From contig JBNGBT010000002.1 of NCBI GenBank assembly GCA_049903315.1, forward strand, positions 256,001 through 320,000: a stretch of DNA of 64,000 nt, given 5' to 3'. Of the stretch, positions 10,295-19,630 are shown in pieces (position 1 is the stretch's first letter; the number at the start of each line of letters is the position of its first letter). Source of the DNA: Candidatus Cloacimonadota bacterium (GTDB lineage Bacteria > Cloacimonadota > Cloacimonadia > JGIOTU-2). The position numbers were made by a program, and so were the translations under genes. The notes under the pieces are model-generated. The model had not been told where the DNA came from, did not search any database, and was given only the letters and a program-made list of their open reading frames with translations.

Positions 10295-11920
10295 ATGATC
10301 CGAATTGAAGAAATAAAACTGCCAATAAGTTCCAACAGAAGTAAATTAAAAAAGGAAATTCTCAAAATTCTTGAAATTGATGAAGAGAAGTTCGAGTACT
10401 ATAGATTAATAAAAAAGGCAGTCGATGCACGCCACAAATCAAACATCCAATTTGTGTATACAGTTGATGTGACTTTTTCTGAGAAAAAGGTTGAGATAAA
10501 TTTACTAAAGAATTTACAAAAAGCAAGATGCGCAAACTTGTACAAGCGACACCGTATTAAAAAAATTGAACCATATCATTACGATATTCCGCATATTATA
10601 CATATAAAAAGTTTTCATAGACCGGTCATTGTCGGCTCAGGACCAGCTGGTTTGTTTGCAGGTTTACTACTTGCCAAAGCAGGGCTTACACCACTTGTAA
10701 TTGAGAAAGGGAAAAGGGTCGAAGAACGCATAAAAGATGTTGAGCTTTTCACGCAAACAGGTGAATTAAACACACATTCGAATATTCATTTTGGAGAAGG
10801 TGGAGCAGGAACATTTTCTGATGGCAAGCTCTACACACTCATCAACGATCATAGAACAAAGTTTATTTTTGACGAACTGATCGCCGCAGGTGCACCCACA
10901 GAAATTGCGTATAGTGCTCGACCGCATATTGGCACTGATAATTTACAGAAAATGGTGAAAAATCTTCGTGAAAAAATTGAGCAGCAGGGTGGAGAATTTT
11001 TATTTGGAAATGAACTACAGAATTTGATAATCGAAAATGGTACTCTTAAAAAAGTAGTAATAAACGGAAAAAATAGAGATGCTTCCTGCGTTGTATGCGC
11101 GATAGGGAATGCTTCACGGGGTACATTTAAAATGCTTCACGATAATAATGTAAACATAGAACCAAAGGCATTCTCTATGGGTGTTCGCATTGAGCATCCA
11201 CGTGAGTATATCAACAAATTACAATACGGAGAGCAGTATAAAAATCCGACCTTACCTCAAGCTCACTACAAACTCGCTGTTCATCTAAAAAATGGAAGAG
11301 GAGTCTACTCTTTCTGCATGTGCCCGGGTGGCTGGGTCGTACCAGCAGCTACTGAATCAGGCGGAGTCGTGACAAATGGGATGAGTACATTTGCACAGGA
11401 TAATATAAATTCCAATGCAGCGCTTCTTGTAGGTGTTACTCCAACAGATTTTCCTTCAAATGATCCGCTGGCAGGTATTGAGTTCCAGAAAATATGGGAA
11501 AAAAAGGCATTTATTCTCGGAGGAAATGGGTTTAGTGCTCCTGTCCAACTTTTGGGAGATTTTCTCGAAGATAGACCTTCAACTTCTTATAAAAGTGTCA
11601 TCCCTTCATATAAACCCAGCAGAACTCCGTGCAGTATTAAGGAGTGTTTGCCAGATTTTGTATATGTGAGTTTAAAGGAAGCGTTCCCACTTCTTGATAA
11701 GAAATTTCCGGGATTTAATTATCCATCAGCAGTGTTGACAGCAGTCGAAACACGAAGTTCATCGCCAGTTCGTATTGTGCGAGGAGATGATCTTCAATCA
11801 AATATTATAGGGCTTTATCCTGCTGGAGAAGGATCCGGATATGCAGGTGGTATTGTCTCTTCTGCAGTTGATGGGATGAAGGTTGCGGAGAAGATAATCA
11901 CTTTGATGAAAGATGACTAA
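10295..11920 (+). CDS. Uncharacterised FAD-dependent oxidoreductase (COG2509-like)
   Basis: GSGPAG, FGEGGAGTFSDGKL, FCMCPGG, ETRSSSPVR, GEGSGYAGGIVSSAVDG. Confidence 0.9.
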   Translation: MIRIEEIKLPISSNRSKLKKEILKILEIDEEKFEYYRLIKKAVDARHKSNIQFVYTVDVTFSEKKVEINLLKNLQKARCANLYKRHRIKKIEPYHYDIPHIIHIKSFHRPVIVGSGPAGLFAGLLLAKAGLTPLVIEKGKRVEERIKDVELFTQTGELNTHSNIHFGEGGAGTFSDGKLYTLINDHRTKFIFDELIAAGAPTEIAYSARPHIGTDNLQKMVKNLREKIEQQGGEFLFGNELQNLIIENGTLKKVVINGKNRDASCVVCAIGNASRGTFKMLHDNNVNIEPKAFSMGVRIEHPREYINKLQYGEQYKNPTLPQAHYKLAVHLKNGRGVYSFCMCPGGWVVPAATESGGVVTNGMSTFAQDNINSNAALLVGVTPTDFPSNDPLAGIEFQKIWEKKAFILGGNGFSAPVQLLGDFLEDRPSTSYKSVIPSYKPSRTPCSIKECLPDFVYVSLKEAFPLLDKKFPGFNYPSAVLTAVETRSSSPVRIVRGDDLQSNIIGLYPAGEGSGYAGGIVSSAVDGMKVAEKIITLMKDD

Positions 11921-12558
11921 AGATGATAGTTAAGTTGAATCTTTAATTGATCGACGTTCTTGCCACGTTCAGTGCTATTTCTATCGAAGGGAATCAAATA
12001 CATTAGTCCAACTCCAAATTTATTAAGTTCAAATTCAAGTCCAATTAAACCTCCCGTTTCCGGATCATCGAGAAAGTCGTCGATTTGCTCATCAGAGCCC
12101 TTATCTTTATCTAATTTTATTGAAAAGAGATACTTCTTAAGATAGAGACCGGCGTGGATATAGAAAAGGTCATAATAACTATACATCAAAGAAAACGGTA
12201 CTTGCAGATGAGTCATTAGATACTTGATTTCATCTTCGGAAACATAGGGAGTTTTATCGATAAGACGTTCAAAATCCATTAATAATCCTGCTCTCATATA
12301 GATTTTATTTGAAAGCTGATACTGAAAGAATGTGCCAAATGATAATTCTGGAACTTGTTTGTCGAAGTAATGACTCACGGTAGGTGCAGCATATACGGTG
12401 CTGTTCAAGGTCAGTCCAAAGGAAATTTTATTGGCATACGCTGATGACTGAAGAAGAAAGGTAGTAAACAAGAAAATTGTGAGACCATAACCATACAATC
12501 TCTTTTGTGATATTAGGGTGCTTCCAAATAAATGCCTGAAGATACTTATGTTATTCAT
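11917..12558 (-). CDS. Putative small outer-membrane beta-barrel protein (paralog 2); start uncertain
   Basis: Hydrophobic signal-like segment ending SAYA, alternating aromatic strands, C-terminal QLNYHL; paralogous to the next ORF. Confidence 0.6.
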   Translation of the reverse strand: MNNISIFRHLFGSTLISQKRLYGYGLTIFLFTTFLLQSSAYANKISFGLTLNSTVYAAPTVSHYFDKQVPELSFGTFFQYQLSNKIYMRAGLLMDFERLIDKTPYVSEDEIKYLMTHLQVPFSLMYSYYDLFYIHAGLYLKKYLFSIKLDKDKGSDEQIDDFLDDPETGGLIGLEFELNKFGVGLMYLIPFDRNSTERGKNVDQLKIQLNYHL

Positions 12559-12567
12559 ATATCACCT

Positions 12568-13260
12568 CTATAATCTATAATTGAGCTGAACTTTTAATTG
12601 ATCGACGTTTTTATTTCGTTCTTTGCTGGTACGATCGAATGGTAGATATAATAATAATCCAAAATCAAATTTTCCCACTCCGCGTTCCAGTCCAATTATT
12701 CCACCAAATTCCGGGTCATCAAGAAAATCGGTTTTCTTTATATTCCCCTTACAATTTTTATAGTAGTAATTTTTCGTTTCGGTTTTAATCGAGAAAAGAT
12801 ATTTGTTTGTGTATAATCCTCCACAGATATAAAACCAATTCAAATACTTATATCGTATCTTCGCAGCCATCTGCAGGTGAGTCATCAAATACTTGTTGAC
12901 TGATTGATCAATGCCTGAATCACTTTTACCATAATAATCATATTCGGCAAATCGTTCGAAATTCAACATCGGTCCGACATTAAAGGATAGAGATTTCGAA
13001 ACCTTATATTGACTATAGAAACCTAACGAGAAATCTGGGGTTTCTTTTTTCAGGAACATGTTATTATCGTAAGTTGAATAGAGTGTCGAATGAAAGGTCA
13101 GTACTAATGAAGGATTTTGGGCAAATAATGAAGTATGAAGTAAATTAATTCCAAACAAAATTAATAATACGAGAGATAGTTGAAGCTTTTTATGGAGTAT
13201 GAAATTTCGTGCGAAATTTCTCTTTATGCTAATTCTTCCATCTTTTTTTCCCATAGACAT
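12568..13260 (-). CDS. Putative small outer-membrane beta-barrel protein (paralog 1); start uncertain
   Basis: Signal-like segment ending SLFA-Q; shares KYLMTHLQ, KYLFSIK, DFLDDPE.GG.IGLE and KNVDQLK.QLNY.L with its neighbour. Confidence 0.6.
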   Translation of the reverse strand: MSMGKKDGRISIKRNFARNFILHKKLQLSLVLLILFGINLLHTSLFAQNPSLVLTFHSTLYSTYDNNMFLKKETPDFSLGFYSQYKVSKSLSFNVGPMLNFERFAEYDYYGKSDSGIDQSVNKYLMTHLQMAAKIRYKYLNWFYICGGLYTNKYLFSIKTETKNYYYKNCKGNIKKTDFLDDPEFGGIIGLERGVGKFDFGLLLYLPFDRTSKERNKNVDQLKVQLNYRL

Positions 13261-13337
13261 TTACAAGGTTATTGATTTTATCCTGTCAATAAATTCAATA
13301 ACTTTGACAATAATTACAGCAATTGGACTCTTCCTAT

Positions 13338-14414
13338 ATGAAAGATTTGAAATCATTTACACGAGAAGAATTGACGCAGCATATTCTTAATTTTGATGAA
13401 AAGAGATATCGGGCAGTGCAACTTTTCCATGCAATTCATCAGCAAAATATTGGTACAATTAAAGACATGGCCATTCTTCCAAAAACCTTGAGAAATGAAC
13501 TTTCCAATAAATATCTCATTGATTCACTGAGAATGGAAAAACGGTTTGATTCCCGGATAGATGGAACAAAAAAGTATCTATTTCGATTGAGTGATGATCA
13601 TCTTATCGAGAGTGTGCTGATGAAATACAAGCATGGCTACAGCGCATGCCTTTCCACTCAGGTGGGATGCAGGATGGGGTGTTTATTCTGTGCATCTACC
13701 AAGGGTGGGCTTTTCCGTAATTTAAGTGCAGGGGAAATCGCAGATCAGGTGTATCAGATGCAGAAGGACAGCGGCGTAAGACTATCGAATGTCGTACTCA
13801 TGGGTAGCGGAGAGCCGCTTGAAAATTATGTGAATGTCATGAAGTTCTTCTCTATAATTCATAATGAGCACGGGCAGAATATGGGATACAGACACATCAC
13901 ACTTTCCACAGTTGGCATTCCTGATAAGATCAGGCAGCTTGCTGATGAAGGTTTACAGATCACGCTTTCAATCTCACTTCATGCATCGAATGATGAGTTG
14001 AGAATGAAAATCATCCCTGTTGCACAGAAGTATTCCATTAAAGCCATTCTTGATGCATGCAAATATTACATCGAGAAAACACATCGCAGAATTACCTTTG
14101 AATATGCCTTAATTAAGGATTTAAATAATTCGCAAGAACATGCACGAGAACTGGTAAAGTTACTCAAAGGAATGCTCTTCCATGTGAATTTGATACCAAT
14201 GAACCAGATAAAGGAATCGGAATTACAACCATCACCCAAGAAATGCACTCAGCAGTTTTATGATATGCTTGTATCAAAAGGAATAAATGTCACGATCCGC
14301 AGGGAATTAGGACAGGATATCAATGCAGCATGTGGGCAGTTAAGGCGGGATTACGGAGTAACCACGAAATACACGAAAAATAATGAAATAGTGAATAAAG
14401 AAAATGAGAAGTAA
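13338..14414 (+). CDS. rlmN: 23S rRNA/tRNA m2A methyltransferase RlmN (radical SAM)
   Basis: CLSTQVGCRMGCLFC, MGSGEP, DINAACGQL; ATG 13338 preferred over TTG 13323. Confidence 0.95.
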   Translation: MKDLKSFTREELTQHILNFDEKRYRAVQLFHAIHQQNIGTIKDMAILPKTLRNELSNKYLIDSLRMEKRFDSRIDGTKKYLFRLSDDHLIESVLMKYKHGYSACLSTQVGCRMGCLFCASTKGGLFRNLSAGEIADQVYQMQKDSGVRLSNVVLMGSGEPLENYVNVMKFFSIIHNEHGQNMGYRHITLSTVGIPDKIRQLADEGLQITLSISLHASNDELRMKIIPVAQKYSIKAILDACKYYIEKTHRRITFEYALIKDLNNSQEHARELVKLLKGMLFHVNLIPMNQIKESELQPSPKKCTQQFYDMLVSKGINVTIRRELGQDINAACGQLRRDYGVTTKYTKNNEIVNKENEK

Positions 14415-14525
14415 AACAAGATTTCAATAATGCTATATACTATTTTAAAAATTGAATATTTTCAAGGAAATTGACATTCATTTTTACCCATAAAAATTCA
14501 CAATAAAGAATTCTCAGGATATTCA

Positions 14526-17500
14526 ATGCGAAAGAAATATTTAATTTTGCTTCTCTTATTCGTTACAATTTTAGTAAATCATTCACTCCTTCAAGCGAAG
14601 AAGAAATCAAATAAAGAGATCGAATCTTATCCATATGAATTGTACTTCCAACAGAATACGGAACCGATCAAAGCTGAGATTGTTGGCAATCCTCTCGATT
14701 ATGCAGGGAAGCGCATTGGCATGGATGTACGTAATTTTGAATTACCGCGAGCATATGAGAATTCCTATCGATTTGCCTGTAGATTTCCGATTATAGATTA
14801 TATTTCAAACCAACCTTTATATATGAAGCAATGGGCAGAAGAAGTGAGTGAAAAATTTACCAAAATACAAACAGAAGAAGGAATAAAAGTTACGAATTAT
14901 GCACTTGAGTTGTTGCGAGACACCAAAGAATTTCCTCCCATGAGTATTTCTGAAGATGTCGAATTATTAAAGGATTTCAAAGACATGCTTCGATCACGTT
15001 CATTTACCCCAGAATATCGCATGGCAGTATTGAACTTAGTGGAAAATTATCTCATAGCAAAATCTATGATCGTCAAAGCAAAGGAGAATTTATCTCCTGA
15101 AGACTTGCAATTTTTCAATGATAATCCGGGTTATTTCCTCATTCCTGATGGTGAACACATGCCCTCATTGACCGGAGATGTCTCAACTCATTTTGAATTT
15201 ATTGAACATGCAAGAAAGTTCAAGTATCAGTATATGTTCTTTGCTGCAAAGATCATGTCAGCTGCAATATATGAATATTGGGATGCAACGAAGGATTTGA
15301 ATATTTCTGAAATTTATACTGAAAGTTCTGCTCATGAAGAACCATTCATTTACGTGACAAATTCATTGAGAATTGTCATTCGGGGAACTGGAGATGATGT
15401 TTATACAAAGGATGCGGATCTTCTCATAGATATTGGTGGAGATGATGTGTATCAAAATAATGCTGGCGGGTGCAGATCGAGTTACGAAGAAATTGCAGTG
15501 TGTATAGATCACAATGGAAATGATAAATATGATTCTCCAAATGATATATTTGTGCAAGGTTTTGGATTTTTGGGATGCGGTTTTCTTGCTGACTTCAATG
15601 GAAATGATATCTATGCAGCAAAGCACTTCGCTCAGGGAGCAGGTGTATGCGGTGTAGGTGTGCTCTGGGATGAATCAGGATTTGATACATATGATGCGCA
15701 TGCATTCTGCCAGGGAGCTGGTATGTTCGGACTTGGTATGTTGCTTGATAATAATGGAGAAGATCTCTACAGTTGCGCAACACTCGGGCAGGGAGGTGCA
15801 ACAACGCTTGGTCTGGGCATTCTCTCCGATCTGGACGGTGACGATAAATATTATCTTGCAATTGACGAATCAAAGGACAATTTAGGTAACCTTCCAGGCT
15901 ACGGACAAGGGGGAGCACTTTCCTTCAGAAATTATCCGTGGATTAAAAAACTCACTGCTTATGGAGGTGCGGGACTGCTTTTCGATGCGTCAGGTAATGA
16001 CCGTTATTGGACAAAAGGTTGGTGCGATCAAGGAGGAAGCTATATCATGTCCCTCGGTGCTTTGGTTGATGCAAAAGGAAATGATCATTATACTGCAAAT
16101 ACAGGACAGGGGAGCGGAATTCATATCACCAATGCAATCCTCATCGACAAAGACGGGCATGACATCTATGAAGGGGATTTTCGTACAGGTGGTTCCGGCG
16201 GAGACCGATCTCCAGGATTTTTCATAGACTATGCGGGAAATGATATTTATAAATCCCGGACCTCATCATATGGAACGGGTGTAAAGCCAATGAGTTACTC
16301 TCTTTTTATAGATTATCAAGGCGAAGACACGTACATTTGTGATGAGCCAGAGAATGGCGTCACATTTAATAATTGGGATAGTTTTGGCGGTGTATGGCCT
16401 GAATCAGAGCCCTATAACTGGCCCTTTACGATTTGCATGGATCTTGCTGGTGAAGATGATTACCAGGTTCGTTTTCATGAAAATAATTGTGAGCGATCAA
16501 GTTTTGGGCATGGGATTTTCGTAGATACAGAATGGCACAATGGAGATATAATTGGTGATATAAAGAATGAATTAAAAGATCAGAAGTTTCCAAAATTAAG
16601 TGATAAAATCAGACAATCACCATATTTTGAGAATATTAAAGACTTGCTCTCGCCAAGTGCGTTTATTCGTTTTCAGGCAATTGGAAGATTAATCCAGGAT
16701 TCGCAAGAAATCATTCCATATCTCACAGAAATTCTGCATATTTCAGAAAACAGAAATGTAAATCGCGATGTCTTGGAAATACTTCATTATTTTCTCATAA
16801 ATGAAGAACTCACTGAATCATCGCAAAAAGAGTTGCTTTCATTATTGGAAGCCCCTGAAGAGGAAGTCCGTTACATCATAGCAGATGATATTGGAATTTG
16901 GAAAATGGATATAGGCGAAAATGCGCTATCAAATATTGCGCTATCGGATACTTCAGCGGATGTTCGATATGCAGTGCTGAGATCATTACTAAAATTAGAG
17001 TCCATGAAAGGGCTTATTACTGCGCGAAAATTATCCGAAAAAGATGTTTCGGAAAAAGTGCGAAGAATTGCAACTGTTTACATGGGAGTCGTCAACGACG
17101 GAGTTGATCCCTTTCCTTTACTGAGTTATATCCTTCAACATGATTCTTCACCATCTGTCAGAGTGGAAGCGGCAGAAGTCTTTGGTAAACTCAAGGATGC
17201 AAGAGCAGTGCCATTACTGAGAAAAGCATCGCGGTCCTTTGATGTGTATCTCCAACGTGCTGCAGGGAAAAGTCTCGCGGAATTGGGCTTTATAGAAGGG
17301 ATTGAAATTTTGATTAAATCACTCTCATTCCCTTCAATCGACGCTTTTGAAAATTATAATTATAATATCCCAAATTTTATTTCAATGTACTCGGGATTTA
17401 ATCTGCCCGAATCAGAACGATACGACCAGCAAAAATGGCATGAATGGTTTGAGAAAAATAAATTCCATATCAATATCCAGGAGAACCTGAAAAATTTGGA

Positions 17501-17885
17501 TGAGTACAAATTTTTGCAGGATTCTATTGCACAGCTTGAGCAACATGAGAAAATACAACCTCTTGAAATTTTCCTCGCTTCACATCAAGATTTCATCAAA
17601 GCCAGGAAAGACCTTGCACACATTCTAAACAGCGTTGCCTGGGGTATGATAACTTCACCGGAGGGTTCGGAACAATATGATCTTAAGAACGGACTGGAAT
17701 ATGCAAAACGATGCGTAGAACTCGACCCTCAACTGAATTATATTGATACACTTGCAGAAGCATATTATCGAAAAGGTGATTATGCTCAAGCTCTAAAAAT
17801 TTGCAATGATGTAATAGCGGATCATCCAACAAATAAAATGTTTTTAGAAAGAAAAAAACTGTGCGAACAGAAACTCAGAAATTAA
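14526..17885 (+). CDS. Secreted protein with DxxGxDxY repeats, HEAT-like repeats and a C-terminal TPR
   Basis: Signal peptide; about 13 (D)xxG(N/D/E)DxY units in a Gly-rich region; VRxxAAxxLG-type HEAT segments; YIDTLAEAYYRKGDY TPR. Confidence 0.75.
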   Translation: MRKKYLILLLLFVTILVNHSLLQAKKKSNKEIESYPYELYFQQNTEPIKAEIVGNPLDYAGKRIGMDVRNFELPRAYENSYRFACRFPIIDYISNQPLYMKQWAEEVSEKFTKIQTEEGIKVTNYALELLRDTKEFPPMSISEDVELLKDFKDMLRSRSFTPEYRMAVLNLVENYLIAKSMIVKAKENLSPEDLQFFNDNPGYFLIPDGEHMPSLTGDVSTHFEFIEHARKFKYQYMFFAAKIMSAAIYEYWDATKDLNISEIYTESSAHEEPFIYVTNSLRIVIRGTGDDVYTKDADLLIDIGGDDVYQNNAGGCRSSYEEIAVCIDHNGNDKYDSPNDIFVQGFGFLGCGFLADFNGNDIYAAKHFAQGAGVCGVGVLWDESGFDTYDAHAFCQGAGMFGLGMLLDNNGEDLYSCATLGQGGATTLGLGILSDLDGDDKYYLAIDESKDNLGNLPGYGQGGALSFRNYPWIKKLTAYGGAGLLFDASGNDRYWTKGWCDQGGSYIMSLGALVDAKGNDHYTANTGQGSGIHITNAILIDKDGHDIYEGDFRTGGSGGDRSPGFFIDYAGNDIYKSRTSSYGTGVKPMSYSLFIDYQGEDTYICDEPENGVTFNNWDSFGGVWPESEPYNWPFTICMDLAGEDDYQVRFHENNCERSSFGHGIFVDTEWHNGDIIGDIKNELKDQKFPKLSDKIRQSPYFENIKDLLSPSAFIRFQAIGRLIQDSQEIIPYLTEILHISENRNVNRDVLEILHYFLINEELTESSQKELLSLLEAPEEEVRYIIADDIGIWKMDIGENALSNIALSDTSADVRYAVLRSLLKLESMKGLITARKLSEKDVSEKVRRIATVYMGVVNDGVDPFPLLSYILQHDSSPSVRVEAAEVFGKLKDARAVPLLRKASRSFDVYLQRAAGKSLAELGFIEGIEILIKSLSFPSIDAFENYNYNIPNFISMYSGFNLPESERYDQQKWHEWFEKNKFHINIQENLKNLDEYKFLQDSIAQLEQHEKIQPLEIFLASHQDFIKARKDLAHILNSVAWGMITSPEGSEQYDLKNGLEYAKRCVELDPQLNYIDTLAEAYYRKGDYAQALKICNDVIADHPTNKMFLERKKLCEQKLRN

Positions 17886-17927
17886 AAATTATTAACTTAT
17901 TGACGAAAATAATCTTTTTTTTCTATT

Positions 17928-19625
17928 TTGAAAACACTTCTTTACAAAATAATAAGGATGCTTATGGAAAAGTTTGATATCAATAATTACAAAGAATTCA
18001 ATAAAGCGTTACAACAATTAAATGAGCTTATAGGGAAACAAGGGAAACATATTAAACAACTTATCCATATTGGTGAATCCCTCTCTGCAAAAAATAGTCT
18101 TGTAAATATTTTTACTCTGATCCTCAACGAAGCTATGGATTATGCAAATGCAGATGGGGGAACTATTTACATCGTCTCTAATGATAAAAAATTCCTTGAT
18201 TTCAAGCTGACCTATAATAAATCTCTTAATTTAAAAATGGGGAATGCGGATGCTCCAGTGACATGGCCGAGTATACCTCTTTATCTAAAAAGTGGTTTGG
18301 CAAATATGAGTTATATGGTTTCTTATGTGTATCATACAAAGGAAAGCAAAACCTTTGAAAACGTGTATGAACAGAATCTGTTTGATAATACAGGCACTCA
18401 AAAATTTGATACACGTAATAAATATCACTCTCAATCTATGGCAGCTATTCCTCTTATAAATCATGAAGACGAAGTGATGGGAGTGATCCAACTGATCAAT
18501 GCAATGGATGAAGAAGGGAATGTTATCCCATTTGGAAAAGACCATATTGAAATGCTCAATTCTCTCGCTTCTCAGGCAGCGATCTCACTTTCTAATACAA
18601 GGTTGATTGAAAGCCTTGAAGAGTTGCTTCTGCAATTTATTAAGTCCATTGGTTCTGCAATTGACAGAAAATCAAAGTATACTGCAGGACATGTCAAGCG
18701 TGTGGCAACGCTTACAGAAGAAATAGCCCGAAGAATAAATGAGGATGAGGATGGTTATTTCAAAGATGTGTATTTTAATAGTGATCAGTTAAAAGAACTT
18801 TCAATGGCTGGATGGATGCACGACGTTGGCAAAATCGTCACGCCGGAATGCATTATGGATAAATCAACCAAGCTCCAGAAGATCATTGATAGAATCGAAC
18901 TTATAAAAATCCGATGTGAATTGTTAAAGCAGGTCATAAAAAAAGATATAAATAAACTGAAGTTAAACGGCAGTCTTACAAAGGAAAAAGAGCAAGAACT
19001 TACGCAAATTTCCAATCAATTAGATGACGATATTTCTCTGATAGAAAATTTAAACTATGGTGTGGAAAATTTATCTGATGAGAACAAGAATGAAATCAAT
19101 CGAATGTATTCATTTTCCTATATATCTGAAGGGAAGGAGTATAAAGTCCTTTCTGATGACGAGAAGAAGAATCTCATGATAAGTAGAGGTACACTTACTG
19201 ATGATGAATTTGCCATAATGAAGGACCATGCACAGGTTACATGGGAAATGCTTTCCACACTCCAATTTCCCAAAAAGTATGAAAATGTACCAGTTTTTGC
19301 AGCTGCCCATCACGAAAGATTGGATGGGGGGGGATATCCTCATAACCTTTCAGAGAGTAAAATACCATTGCAAGCTCGGATAATTGCCGTTGCAGATGTC
19401 TTTGAAGCTCTTCTTGCTGAGCGTCCTTATAAAAATGGGAAGAAGGTCAGTGAAGCCCTGAAAATAATTGCGTTCATGGTGCAAGATAATAAGCTTGATA
19501 AAGCAGTGGTTGATATCCTTATTGATTCGGGATTACATATTTCATTTGCACAAAAAATAGCAAAACCCGAGCAAGTCGATAATGTTGATGTAAAAAAAAT
19601 AAAATGCATATATCATAAACAATAA
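17928..19625 (+). CDS. GAF + HD-GYP c-di-GMP phosphodiesterase (true start probably ATG 17958 or 17964)
   Basis: GAF (AIPLINHEDEVMGVIQLIN), YTAGHVKRV, HDVGK, HHERLDGGGYP, VADVFEAL..RPYK. Confidence 0.9.
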   Translation: MKTLLYKIIRMLMEKFDINNYKEFNKALQQLNELIGKQGKHIKQLIHIGESLSAKNSLVNIFTLILNEAMDYANADGGTIYIVSNDKKFLDFKLTYNKSLNLKMGNADAPVTWPSIPLYLKSGLANMSYMVSYVYHTKESKTFENVYEQNLFDNTGTQKFDTRNKYHSQSMAAIPLINHEDEVMGVIQLINAMDEEGNVIPFGKDHIEMLNSLASQAAISLSNTRLIESLEELLLQFIKSIGSAIDRKSKYTAGHVKRVATLTEEIARRINEDEDGYFKDVYFNSDQLKELSMAGWMHDVGKIVTPECIMDKSTKLQKIIDRIELIKIRCELLKQVIKKDINKLKLNGSLTKEKEQELTQISNQLDDDISLIENLNYGVENLSDENKNEINRMYSFSYISEGKEYKVLSDDEKKNLMISRGTLTDDEFAIMKDHAQVTWEMLSTLQFPKKYENVPVFAAAHHERLDGGGYPHNLSESKIPLQARIIAVADVFEALLAERPYKNGKKVSEALKIIAFMVQDNKLDKAVVDILIDSGLHISFAQKIAKPEQVDNVDVKKIKCIYHKQ

Positions 19626-19630
19626 CAATA

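Noticed and set aside
9958..10308. 116-aa ORF bridging the two flavoprotein genes
   Set aside because: Overlaps real genes and reads through the MITE-like repeat
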